Part shown: in pieces, positions 18,074 to 27,375 of the stretch
How positions within the stretch are numbered: the first letter of the stretch is position 1
Layout: each line of letters begins with the position of its first letter
NCBI GenBank assembly: GCA_044356455.1
Contig: JBIKWF010000037.1
Coordinates: forward strand, 1 to 35,141
DNA: 35,141 nucleotides
Reading direction: 5' to 3'
Source: Bdellovibrionota bacterium
GTDB lineage: Bacteria > Bdellovibrionota_C > UBA2361 > JBGSMV01
Position numbers and translations under genes: made by a program
Notes under the pieces: model-generated
What the model was told of the DNA's origin: nothing
What the model saw: only the letters and a program-made list of their open reading frames with translations
Database searches by the model: none

Positions 18074-18631
18074 TTAGATTGCTGCGGGAGCGGATTTGTG
18101 ACCGTTCTTAACTTCTGCATGCTTTCCTGGCGTAGACTCTGAGCCCATCGCCTCTTGATTGGAGCGTGTACGCGCCAATTCTGTGAGGGTCTTATTGGCC
18201 TCAATCTCCTCGTCAAGGATTCCCTTGAGCACTTTCGCAGCTTCGTCATGGTCTAGACACTTCGCCCACTCTTGTAAGCATCCGTACGAAGCAATCTCGT
18301 AATGTTCAATTTTCTGAGCAGCCGAGACAAGAGCGGCATTGATTGCAGGTGAGCCCTTAAAGTGAGAAGCGATTTCCTCTCCTTCTTTAATCAGGCCTAC
18401 CGTGCCTTGACACTTCTTCGTATGGGGCGTCTCGCCAAACGTCTTGAAGATACCTTCAAGCTTAGTGACATGCCCCTCGGTTTGCTTCAGGTGCGTTTGG
18501 ATTAGCTTCTTAAAGTGACTGCAGGTAGCAGCCTCTGCTAATTTGGGCATGGCCTGAACAAGCTGCTTCTCGGAGTCGAATCGGTCAGCGAGTTCCTCAA
18601 GGAATAGGTCTTTTAGTGTTTTCATATACAA
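18074..18631 (-). CDS. yciF: YciF (DUF892) ferritin-like protein
   Basis: TLKDLFLEEL, SEKQL, GLIKEG, AAQKIEHYEIASYG, ILDEE. Confidence 0.9.
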   Translation of the reverse strand: MYMKTLKDLFLEELADRFDSEKQLVQAMPKLAEAATCSHFKKLIQTHLKQTEGHVTKLEGIFKTFGETPHTKKCQGTVGLIKEGEEIASHFKGSPAINAALVSAAQKIEHYEIASYGCLQEWAKCLDHDEAAKVLKGILDEEIEANKTLTELARTRSNQEAMGSESTPGKHAEVKNGHKSAPAAI

Positions 18632-18672
18632 TCCTTTGCTAGTTACGTTAAAGGGGTAGGGGGGCCTCGGGC

Positions 18673-19656
18673 TTAGCCGGGGACGATCTGGAGGTGGTTA
18701 ATAACTTCATACCCAAGCGAAGCGCGTGCGCTTGTTTTCCCGAGCCAATCTTTCTCGCTAAGAGATTGTACGGGGCCGCGCAGATGGATCTTCCCTTGGT
18801 CTAGTACAATCGAAACGCGGCGGGCTTTGGACGAGAGAGTGGCATTCGTTACAATATCCCTGCGAATTCTCGCTAACATTCCAAGCTCAGTTCCCGTAAC
18901 GTGGTAGCGTCCCCCGGATGAGACAATCTCTTGCGCGTGAGCGCTTCCGTGTACTGAATCAATCGTTCGGTACTGTGGCGAGATTCGGATAGGCTTCTGC
19001 GCAGTCTCGGCCTGAACCGGGGAGAGGCCGCCTTGCTGGGAAAGGAAAAGGCAGCCTGCGAATCCTAGCATTCGTGAGGTGCTAAGTGAGGGGCGCCGAG
19101 GTTGTGTTTTTGGTAGCGCAGACCCATTAATGCGTTGCTCCTTATCATCACCGCTTGCTGGGATATTTGCACGCGGCAAGATCTCTCCAAAGCAAATGGC
19201 GGAGAAGGTGCTTTGAGCGGCTCGGTCCTCGATGAGCGTCTCCTCGAGGAGCCGAGATGCCGTATCTAATCCGAGTTCTACGGCTATGTCATGTGCGTTC
19301 TCGTAGGAGGAAATAGCATACGCTTCAGCTCTTTGGGTCGCGCCCAGCAGAACTACATCAAGCAAGGCTTTATTCTCATACTGGTCGTCTTGGATTCTTT
19401 TGCTTTCATCGACGAGCCCGCGAACCGCTTCGCACAGTTGGCCGCTCACTGAGACGTTGAGAAGGACTCCAATATCTTCAAGACGCTCAAGATGGCCCTC
19501 GGTCGCAAGCAAGTGTGCGTGCGCTGCTTGTTTGAGGCTTCTGCTTGTTGCGCGTTGCTCAAGGAGCGTGAGATTCGCAAGTATTTGATACTCGGCGCTG
19601 TAGAGATCTTTAAGTTGCTGGGTGAGGCAGTCTTCGAGGTTTTTGAGGTGGGCCAT
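18673..19656 (-). CDS. Degenerate YciF ferritin-like domain fused to a BON domain
   Basis: LKDLYSAEYQI...TQRAEAYAISSY; C-terminal IRRDI...GKIHLRGPVQS..EK...VINHLQI. Confidence 0.75.
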   Translation of the reverse strand: MAHLKNLEDCLTQQLKDLYSAEYQILANLTLLEQRATSRSLKQAAHAHLLATEGHLERLEDIGVLLNVSVSGQLCEAVRGLVDESKRIQDDQYENKALLDVVLLGATQRAEAYAISSYENAHDIAVELGLDTASRLLEETLIEDRAAQSTFSAICFGEILPRANIPASGDDKEQRINGSALPKTQPRRPSLSTSRMLGFAGCLFLSQQGGLSPVQAETAQKPIRISPQYRTIDSVHGSAHAQEIVSSGGRYHVTGTELGMLARIRRDIVTNATLSSKARRVSIVLDQGKIHLRGPVQSLSEKDWLGKTSARASLGYEVINHLQIVPG

Positions 19657-19801
19657 AAGTGAGGCGTCCTTGGCGTAAGTATTTTCTCTCAAGCTGCATG
19701 CAAAGAGAGAGTGGAGACACTTATGCCAGCCTCTGGTAGGGGAGGGTATGTTCTAGGTCATGGTGTGGTCCTAACGCTTGCTGCCCTGCAACAAAAAATC
19801 T

Positions 19802-19857
19802 CTCAGTGAGCTCTGTGCTCTCTGTGGTTGATATAAATTTAATCATCCCACAGAGAG
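19802..19857. repeat. CTCTGTG-family element, right arm truncated
   Basis: CTCAGTGAGCTCTGTGCTCTCTGTGGTT, near-identical to 8056-8083; CCACAGAGAG at 19848. Confidence 0.75.
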
Positions 19858-19920
19858 AAAGCGCCCACCCTAAGCAACCAAGCGCCTACAAACAACACGG
19901 CGCGCAAGGACGACTGAGCG

Positions 19921-20946
19921 CTACGTGGCTGCTGGAGTAGCCCCATGCTTTTTGGGGAAAAGAAGCGAGAGCACGACCGAGATGCCTATAAAGCTCGCAA
20001 TAATCGCAAGTGACCAGCTCACCGGGAATTTGCCGCCGAAGGCATCATTGAGCCATGCCATTTTGAGCCCCACAAAGATTAGCACCATTCCAAGTCCGAA
20101 CTTGAGCAAGTGGAATTTGTCCATAACCCCTGCAAGCAGGAAATAGAGTGCGCGCAGTCCCAAGATTGCAAATACATTAGAGGTGAAGACAATAAATGGC
20201 TCCCGCGTGATAGCGTAAATTGCAGGCACAGAATCTATCGCAAAAATGATGTCGGTTAATTCAACAAAAACTAAGGCGACAAAAAGCGGGGTCGCGTAGA
20301 GAATGCCTTCTTTGCGCACAAAGAAGTTCTGTCCTTCAAGCTGGGGCGTGACGGGGAGGAACTTCTTAAGCAGTCGAATCACGGGATTCTTTTCAGGCTC
20401 AAGAGGCTTTTCGGGGGTGAAGAAGATCTTGATGCCCGTGAATATAAGGAAAATTCCGAAGATAAGGACAATAGCGCTGTACTGCATGAGCACAGAGCCG
20501 AGCGCGATAAAGATGGCACGGAAGAAGAGAGCACCTAAGATACCGTAGAAGAGTATGCGATGCTGGTACTTATTGGGGATCGCAAAGTATGAGAATACGA
20601 CAACGAAGATAAAAATATTATCAACGGAGAGCGCCTTCTCAACGACATACCCGGTTAAGAACTCGAGAGACAGCTGAGAGGCAAAGGCTTCTGCTGGTCC
20701 CCAAGTGGCGGACAAACTCGGGTCGCTGCCAATTTTCCAAAGCACGTAGCGGTAAAGTCCGTAGTTAAAGAGAAGCGCAAGAACGACCCACACCACGCTC
20801 CACGTTGCGGCTTCTTTAATCTTCACTTCGTGGGCGTGTTTGTGAAAAACTCCCAGGTCAAGGGCCAGGAGGGCAAACACAAAAGCCGTAAAACCGGCGT
20901 AGAAGGCCCAATATTCACTGAGGGAAAAGAAAACACTCTGTTCCAT
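19921..20946 (-). CDS. TerC/Alx family membrane protein
   Basis: GYVVEKALSVDNIF, QHRILFYGILGA, ELTDIIFAIDSVPAI, SNVFAILGLRALYF. Confidence 0.93.
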   Translation of the reverse strand: MEQSVFFSLSEYWAFYAGFTAFVFALLALDLGVFHKHAHEVKIKEAATWSVVWVVLALLFNYGLYRYVLWKIGSDPSLSATWGPAEAFASQLSLEFLTGYVVEKALSVDNIFIFVVVFSYFAIPNKYQHRILFYGILGALFFRAIFIALGSVLMQYSAIVLIFGIFLIFTGIKIFFTPEKPLEPEKNPVIRLLKKFLPVTPQLEGQNFFVRKEGILYATPLFVALVFVELTDIIFAIDSVPAIYAITREPFIVFTSNVFAILGLRALYFLLAGVMDKFHLLKFGLGMVLIFVGLKMAWLNDAFGGKFPVSWSLAIIASFIGISVVLSLLFPKKHGATPAAT

Positions 20947-21174
20947 AGAAATAAGCTAAGTTAGGCAAGTTTGTTTAGCCGATGGTACCAGCTATTCGCA
21001 AATCGGATCCATCAAGAATATGTCGCAAGTACCCATAGAGAAAAGCAATGATAGGGACTTAATGCACGAAACGCGGTTAGTTTCGGGTCTAGAAGCACCA
21101 TGCTACATTTCCCTTCTTTGGGCCGTTTACTCTTCCGCAGGTACGTGGCGACCTTGATTCCTTCTCGCGGTTGA

Positions 21175-22932
21175 ATGTCCTTCCCTATGCAGCTTTTGGC
21201 CCTACCCCGTGCGCTCTTATCTTCGTTCCTATCGTCGCGCGAGCTTCGTCTTCTTGCAGCCTTGGTTGCGCTGCTTTTCTTGATCCGAGCCTCGGCGCTT
21301 GAAACCTACGACCTTATGGACCCCACCGAGGCGCGCTACGCGAGCGTCGCGGGAGAAATGGCCCTTAGGGGAGACTGGGTCACTCCAAGACTTCCCATGC
21401 CCACGGGGGTTGAGCCTTACCTCGGTAAGCCACCGTTGCATTTTTGGCTTACTGCTATGTCCTATCTCGCCTTCGGGGTAGATGAATGGTCAGCGCGCCT
21501 GCCCAGCTTCTTATGTGCGCTGATGGTCGCTTTGCTTTTGGTGGTTTTTGCTCAGCGTTTTCTTAGCAAGGAAGTGGGGCTCGTGGGCTGTGCGCTCATG
21601 CTTTCTTGCCCGGTTTTTTTCTTCTTCTCGGGAGCAAGCATCGTTGACATGACTCTTTCGTGGGGGGTGTCGCTTGCATTTGTGTCCTATGCGCGGGGGT
21701 TAGGTGCCGAGGGGCGTGCGCGCGTGGGGTGGGGGTGCGCCTGCGCGGTTGGAGCAGCCCTTGGCTTTCTTACTAAAGGACCTGTAGCGCTGTGTCTGCT
21801 TGGTGTGGGGATTGGCATTTTTGTGTGGCTCCAGAGGGATCTCTCGAGCCTTAAGAGATTCCCCTGGGGCTATGCGGCCTTGGCGTTCTTGGTGCTGGTG
21901 ATCCCCTGGTTCGCCTGGTCTGAAATTAGAAATCCTGGTTTCCTTAAGTACTTTTTCTGGAATGAGAACATCGCGCGTTATCTCTTTAAAGAGTACGGCG
22001 ACCTTTACGGTTCGGGGCATCGCTACGTGCGCGGCTTCGCCTGGATAATGCTCTTTCTTGCCCTTTTACCCTGGACACCGCTTCTTTTATTTACTCTTTG
22101 GCGTGCCCGCGGCTCTTGTCTTCCGCTTGCACGCAGCGGGGCCCGCGGAAATCTATCCGAAGGGCGTGCCTTTTTGCTGGCCTGGGGGCTCTCGTCTGTT
22201 GTTTTCTTTTCTTTCGTGAGGCAGCTGCATATTGGCTATGTCATTCCGAGTGTAGCGCCTTTTGCGCTGCTGCTCGCCGATGTCGTTTCTGGAGACTCAA
22301 GGTCTGAGTTTTTCCGCAGCGAAAAGTGGATGGTCCTTGTCCGGCGCATAACCCTAGGGGCGCTGCTTCTTGCAGCGGGTGCCGTCGCGTGGGACCTTGG
22401 GCACGTGTGCGGCGGGCATCCATTCCACATCCCGCCGATATTTATGATTGTGCTTGTGCTCCTTGGGCTTGGGCTTCTTCTCAAGCAAAAGCCAAGCTGG
22501 TCGACGACTCCCTCCATGAGTCTTGGAGTACTCGCGACAGCTCTATGCGCCCTGTATTTGAGCGCCATGCTCGTAGCAACTCCCTATATGAATCGGTCTG
22601 GGTCGACTGAGACTATTATTAAGGTAATGCTTGCCAACATTCCCGGCGACGAGGTTGAGATAGGGGTTATTACGCGCAACACGTTTTCACATTATTGGGT
22701 TGCCCTTGCGGCCGAGCGTGAGCTTTCTAAGCCGCTGAAGATCACCTTTCTTGATCAGAGTGATGTGGGAGCTCTCAAGGATGTGCTCGTAAAACGAAAG
22801 GACTTTGAGAAACTGCCGGCGGGAGTTCTTAAAGACTATCATGAGCGCTTTAGTTATGGTCCTTGGGTGTGGCTTCACAAGGGAAGTCAGGGAGTTTCTG
22901 AGCCGGCGCTCAATGTCGAGTCCTCCTCATAG
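21175..22932 (+). CDS. ArnT-like / PMT_2 glycosyltransferase (GT-C fold)
   Basis: DPTEARY, GDWVTP, KPPLHFW, EWSARLPS, TKGP, LLPW; many TM helices. Confidence 0.9.
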   Translation: MSFPMQLLALPRALLSSFLSSRELRLLAALVALLFLIRASALETYDLMDPTEARYASVAGEMALRGDWVTPRLPMPTGVEPYLGKPPLHFWLTAMSYLAFGVDEWSARLPSFLCALMVALLLVVFAQRFLSKEVGLVGCALMLSCPVFFFFSGASIVDMTLSWGVSLAFVSYARGLGAEGRARVGWGCACAVGAALGFLTKGPVALCLLGVGIGIFVWLQRDLSSLKRFPWGYAALAFLVLVIPWFAWSEIRNPGFLKYFFWNENIARYLFKEYGDLYGSGHRYVRGFAWIMLFLALLPWTPLLLFTLWRARGSCLPLARSGARGNLSEGRAFLLAWGLSSVVFFSFVRQLHIGYVIPSVAPFALLLADVVSGDSRSEFFRSEKWMVLVRRITLGALLLAAGAVAWDLGHVCGGHPFHIPPIFMIVLVLLGLGLLLKQKPSWSTTPSMSLGVLATALCALYLSAMLVATPYMNRSGSTETIIKVMLANIPGDEVEIGVITRNTFSHYWVALAAERELSKPLKITFLDQSDVGALKDVLVKRKDFEKLPAGVLKDYHERFSYGPWVWLHKGSQGVSEPALNVESSS

Positions 22933-22980
22933 CGAGTATGCGGGGGTGTCAGCTACTTCCATCGTCAACGTGTCCCTTCC

Positions 22981-23031
22981 CCTTAGTGGTCTTAGTGTTC
23001 TTAGTGGTTGTCCTAGAAAACAACCACTAAG
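22981..23031. repeat. CTTAGTG variant of the 9-bp-periodic family between convergent genes
   Basis: CCTTAGTGGTCTTAGTGTTCTTAGTGGTTG ... CAACCACTAAG. Confidence 0.75.
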
Positions 23032-23041
23032 GGGGACTTTT

Positions 23042-23530
23042 TTAGTCCGAATCTCCTTCCTCGCTTTCTGGCGCAGATGTCTTCGAAGCCTCTGACGCCT
23101 CAGGATGCCGAATCTTGCCCCCATCTAGGCCAGTCTTCGCCAAAAATCCTGTCGCAATGAGACTTGCAACAAGCGCAACGCGCGAGGCAGTCAAGAAAAG
23201 CGTCGTATTCTTTCTCATGAAGGCGACTAGAGCGCCAAGTGAGATAAGTCCTGCGGCGCTCACTATCCAGAGGGAGAGTTCCGCAATTTCCTCGTGCTCC
23301 TCTATGAGGCGCTCCGATATCCCAGGAAGGTGCTCAACAATCTCTTCCGCTTCGCCTCCCGTGAGAAAGGCAGCGACGGCGGCTAGACTAAGCCCAAAAA
23401 TGAGGACATGGGCGAGGGCGGCGGTGCCGTTCTGTTTCGTTTTTAGGCCTACGGCGAGGACGAAGGCCGCGAGAGGAATCCCCACTATAGGGAGGTGAAC
23501 TAGGATAAGGTGGGCATGGGCAAAGTTCAT
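23042..23530 (-). CDS. DUF2231-like membrane protein
   Basis: HLILVHLPI, TG.EA, IEEHE, GGKIRHPE; four TM helices. Confidence 0.7.
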   Translation of the reverse strand: MNFAHAHLILVHLPIVGIPLAAFVLAVGLKTKQNGTAALAHVLIFGLSLAAVAAFLTGGEAEEIVEHLPGISERLIEEHEEIAELSLWIVSAAGLISLGALVAFMRKNTTLFLTASRVALVASLIATGFLAKTGLDGGKIRHPEASEASKTSAPESEEGDSD

Positions 23531-23684
23531 ATGGTTAGCTCCGTTAAGGCTTCTAAGGTTAGGCTGGGCAGCAACTTGTAAGCTGTCGTCCTAGAGGCTA
23601 TTTTCTTTCTGCATAGTGCTCCCCTATGGGGCTTTGCTTCTATCCGGCAAATGCCTTAGACCCTGATTGTCGTTACTTTTTAAT

Positions 23685-24284
23685 ATGTTAAAGAACCGCA
23701 CCGAGACCGGAATCAGGCAGTTGCCATGGCTCGACCGTGTTTCGGTAGGCGCACTTTTTGGAATAGCAGCACTTATTACGCTCGATCTTATCACGGACAG
23801 CCGGGAGGGGGCTGCGCTTGCTCATATCGCTGTTGAGCTTCTTGTCGTTCTGCTGTCTCTCGCGGTGGGTGGCCTGCTTCTTCGTCAGATGGTCGGGACG
23901 TTTGAGCGTGAGCGCGGCGCCCTTGAGCACCGGCTTGCAGAGACGCGCCAAGAGAGCGAGGCCTGGCGCTTAGAAGCGAAAAGGTTAATTCAAGGCCTAG
24001 GGGCAGCTATCGAGTCCCAGTTTATCGCCTGGGGACTCTCCGACGCGGAGAAGGATGTGGCTCTCTTGCTCCTCAAAGGACTCTCGCATAAAGAAATAGC
24101 GACGCTCCGCTCAACCGCCGAGCGGACGGTTAGGCAACAAGCCGCCACGGTCTATTCCAAGGCTGGGGTGGATGGGCGCTCGGGCCTCTCAGCGTTCTTT
24201 TTGGAAGATTTGGCGGTTTCGCAGGTGGGAGAGAATAAAGTAGGGGACCTTGGAGCGCGGTCTTCAGACGCCGGGGCGCATTAA
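23685..24284 (+). CDS. Membrane-anchored LuxR-type HTH regulator
   Basis: Two TM helices, coiled coil, WGLSDAEKDVALLLLKGLSHKEIA..R...ERTVRQQ...VYSK. Confidence 0.85.
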   Translation: MLKNRTETGIRQLPWLDRVSVGALFGIAALITLDLITDSREGAALAHIAVELLVVLLSLAVGGLLLRQMVGTFERERGALEHRLAETRQESEAWRLEAKRLIQGLGAAIESQFIAWGLSDAEKDVALLLLKGLSHKEIATLRSTAERTVRQQAATVYSKAGVDGRSGLSAFFLEDLAVSQVGENKVGDLGARSSDAGAH

Positions 24285-24354
24285 TAGAGTTGTAATTTTA
24301 TAGCTGAAAGAATCCTGTCCGTGAGTAAAAAGAATTTTGGGGAGCAGTGTTGTT

Positions 24355-24909
24355 ATGAAGAGTGCCAAGGTTAATAAGTTTATCTCTCTCGCAGGTCAAA
24401 ACGCCTCGAAAGACTTTATCGTGGGAACTCCAGAGCAGCGTAAGCTGGGCGCTCAATTGCTTCTTTCCGAAGTGCTTGAGTACGTTGTTCACGGACTCGG
24501 TGTTGAGCCAGAAGTAAATGGAGTTCGCATTACCTCGCCCGATGCGCTGCATTATCACAACGCGGCGGAGCCCGATAAGCTTGAAATGGTAGATGGCCTC
24601 GCTGATGTCGCGTACACTATGTACTGGAACTCTGAGACTTTCGGGGTGCCCCTTGAGGCTGCGTATGACCTGGTCTGTGATAATAATCTCGAAAAATTTG
24701 TGAAGCTCGGTTCTTGGGCGCTTGGTCGCTCGGCGCTAGAGCAAGGCGAATGGGACTGTAAGCTAGGTGTGACGTGGCCTAAAGAAGTCGTCACGGTTGA
24801 AGTGGTCCAGTATCAAGGAGAACCCTTCGCCGTCGGAAAAGATGCGCGTGGCAAGGTGCGCAAACCTTCAACGTATGCGTCGGTGGACTTGAGTTCGCTT
24901 TGTAAATAG
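24355..24909 (+). CDS. MazG-like / PRA-PH NTP pyrophosphohydrolase family protein
   Basis: SEVLEY, EMVDGLAD, V..NN..K, GKVRKP. Confidence 0.7.
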   Translation: MKSAKVNKFISLAGQNASKDFIVGTPEQRKLGAQLLLSEVLEYVVHGLGVEPEVNGVRITSPDALHYHNAAEPDKLEMVDGLADVAYTMYWNSETFGVPLEAAYDLVCDNNLEKFVKLGSWALGRSALEQGEWDCKLGVTWPKEVVTVEVVQYQGEPFAVGKDARGKVRKPSTYASVDLSSLCK

Positions 24910-24976
24910 TTTGGCTAGAGATGTTTTTTGAGGGGTTGTCCCCAAGACCACGAAGAGGGTCTTTCCCGGACGTTTT

Positions 24977-26095
24977 TTAGAATTCCTGACATACTCCAAT
25001 GCGGGCCACCAGAGACTGAGGCACCGTCAGCTCGGCGGTGAGCTGACGTTGCTCGGCAAAAGCGAGAACCGCGCTGTGGATTGAGGTTGGAATTGATTTC
25101 GCCATATCAAAGCCACAATCAACAAAAAAAGCGAGGAGCTGATACATCTCATGGTCAGAGAGTTGGCTCGGAGGAGTTCCATCAAGAGTCTTCGCCATTC
25201 CGCCCCAGCCCATGTCTTGGAGTTTGAGTTCGAGTCCTTTCTCAAAGAGATTGAACTTCATAAGATTTTCTTCCGATCTTGACGACGCCCAGTTCAGCGC
25301 ATGGAAGACCGTAAGACACAGAGGCGAAAAGGGGGAGAAGGTACGGGTAAGGGCGCCCCCCGGGCCAGCTCTCCATCCTTCAGCTAGAAACCTAGAAAAC
25401 TCGAGAACAATTTCCGGCAACTTCACGCAAAGTTCATCGCTCGCCTCAGGAGAAGTGAAGTGAAACACTCCCTGTCCATTTCCTAAATCTTCGAATGAAA
25501 ACGAAATAGAGACGACCGAATTTGGGCGATGGTCGCTTGGGAGGCGCTGGCGTATGTCCGAGCGATACTGCAACGCGAGGGCGACGAGCTGCTCAACTCG
25601 GAGACCCGGATTGCCGAATACCACTTGAGGAACTAAAAGTGAAAGCGGCACCGCTCGCTCAAACAAAGCCGCTCCATCGCGCGAGATCTCAGTCCAGGGA
25701 GCAGACTCTAGTGCGCGCGTAGCCCATAGTGCTTGAACGGTAAGGGGGCTTAGTTCGACTGCGGCATGCAAGAGAACTGGAGGGACCTCAGCTCCGCATC
25801 GTTCAGCATCGAGAAGAAGGGAAAGTGCAGATTCGGGAGTACTCTCAAAAGTAGCTCCGTGGAGGTGCAAAGCAGCAAGAAGAATCTTATGTCTTGGGGA
25901 TTTTGCAGCCTCTTCTTCGAGCACGGTCATTATGGAGGGCGCGGTTCGAATTCTTAGAAGAAGATCTTCAACCTCCCTTTTTAAGGAATTGGCGAGCCAC
26001 TCGGGATGACTCCCAAGGCACTCAAGCACAGTGGCGGATGCCTGTCTTGTGCTTGGAGTGGTAGCTCTTTCCTCAGGCGAGGGGGACGGATTCAT
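24977..26095 (-). CDS. Hypothetical protein; start uncertain
   Basis: Long ORF; ATG 26095 chosen to avoid overlap with the divergent gene. Confidence 0.6.
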   Translation of the reverse strand: MNPSPSPEERATTPSTRQASATVLECLGSHPEWLANSLKREVEDLLLRIRTAPSIMTVLEEEAAKSPRHKILLAALHLHGATFESTPESALSLLLDAERCGAEVPPVLLHAAVELSPLTVQALWATRALESAPWTEISRDGAALFERAVPLSLLVPQVVFGNPGLRVEQLVALALQYRSDIRQRLPSDHRPNSVVSISFSFEDLGNGQGVFHFTSPEASDELCVKLPEIVLEFSRFLAEGWRAGPGGALTRTFSPFSPLCLTVFHALNWASSRSEENLMKFNLFEKGLELKLQDMGWGGMAKTLDGTPPSQLSDHEMYQLLAFFVDCGFDMAKSIPTSIHSAVLAFAEQRQLTAELTVPQSLVARIGVCQEF

Positions 26096-26227
26096 CGGTA
26101 GTTCCAGTAGCTTAGTAGGCTTTCGGGGCGCGCCATGAGTGGGTGTTCTTCCTGTAAGGCTAATCGCCAAAGAGGTGGTACTCTAAACCTTAGCGTTACT
26201 CAACTTGTTTCGCGTGGGGTTCTTTCT

Positions 26228-26821
26228 ATGATCAAAGCCCAAGAAACCCGGGTTTCTAGTTCGAGCCTTAAATTTCTTACTGCTGATTTTAGGCTCGTGT
26301 CGGGCGCGCCCAAACAGGACTATCCGCAGACGGCGTATCTTTTACCAGCAACCGCAAAACTTCTTGAGGAATTAGAGGGCCGGGTCAATGCGGGCTCGGT
26401 TTCGACCGAGGGAAAGATTTCATCTCTCGCCGGACTACCGCTATCAGTTGATGCGATCACTTTCGGTAAGTTTTTCAAAGACAAAGACGACTCTCGATTC
26501 ACGGATCCCGAAGAATTCCTTATTGATGCGCGCGTATCGCGCGTCATGCTCGATAAGGTCGTTGGCTCCCTTCGTACGCTCGGGTTTGACGCGATTGGAG
26601 TTACAGAAACGGGAGATATGAAGGCTGCCGGATATCTCGTCGTGCGTGGGGGCTTTACTGACCTTTCTCACTTGAAGGAGGTTGTTAGCCCAGCGAGATC
26701 GACCAAGGTTATAGAAGTACCGAATTGGGACTTCTCTTCGCCCGGGGCTCCGGGAGCAACTACTTTTGAAGATCTTGCCGTCCCCGCGGGATCAAGGGAG
26801 CAAACTCCTCAGACAAGGTAG
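26228..26821 (+). CDS. Hypothetical protein; stop codon lies in a REP GTAG
   Basis: Open frame from ATG 26228; TAG at 26819-26821. Confidence 0.6.
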   Translation: MIKAQETRVSSSSLKFLTADFRLVSGAPKQDYPQTAYLLPATAKLLEELEGRVNAGSVSTEGKISSLAGLPLSVDAITFGKFFKDKDDSRFTDPEEFLIDARVSRVMLDKVVGSLRTLGFDAIGVTETGDMKAAGYLVVRGGFTDLSHLKEVVSPARSTKVIEVPNWDFSSPGAPGATTFEDLAVPAGSREQTPQTR

Positions 26822-27263
26822 GGCGCCCTGTTCCGTCTCTGCCAGTAGGCGACGGCGCGACGCGCGCCTCAGGGCGCCGCAAGATCTCTCGTGCTGGCGC
26901 GTGGCATGTATTTGTCCACCTCACGGATTACAGAATCGCTACCGTCCTTGGATGCCCCGCGGCATTGCCCTGCCTGGGGGGCGTTTTGGTAGGGCGCCGC
27001 GTCCCCGCGGTGCCGCAAGATCTTTCGACCTGGCACGTGGCATGTATTTGTCCACCGAACTGATTGCGCAAAAGAAACGGCTCGCGGATGCCCCGCGGCA
27101 TTTGATGCGGCACGCCGGGGACGGCGCGCCCTACCTAGGGGTTCGGCATCTTGGTAGGGCGCCGCGTCCCCGCGGTGCCGCAAGATCTTGCGTCCTGGCA
27201 CGTGGCATGTGTTTGTCCACCTCACTGATTGCGAAATCGTAACCGTTTGTGAATGCCCCGCGG
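26817..27263. repeat. REP/REPIN tandem array 1 (BIME-like)
   Basis: GTAG REPs at 26818(+), 26989(+), 27108-27135(-), 27154(+), with homologous spacers. Confidence 0.9.
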
Positions 27264-27375
27264 ATTCGAATCAATTGTTCGCCTCTCCCCCCACGCAAAA
27301 AAACCACAGAGCCCAGAGATATCATTCTCTCTGGAAACTCTGTGGCTTATCAAAACTCAGTAACTTCTAACGTAA

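Noticed and set aside
20947..21174. yybP-ykoY riboswitch upstream of the TerC/Alx gene
   Set aside because: Could not identify the conserved motif by eye; needs an Rfam scan
26766..27370. ORFs over REP array 1 (and 30509-31230 over array 2)
   Set aside because: Translations of GC-rich repeats with no protein-like features
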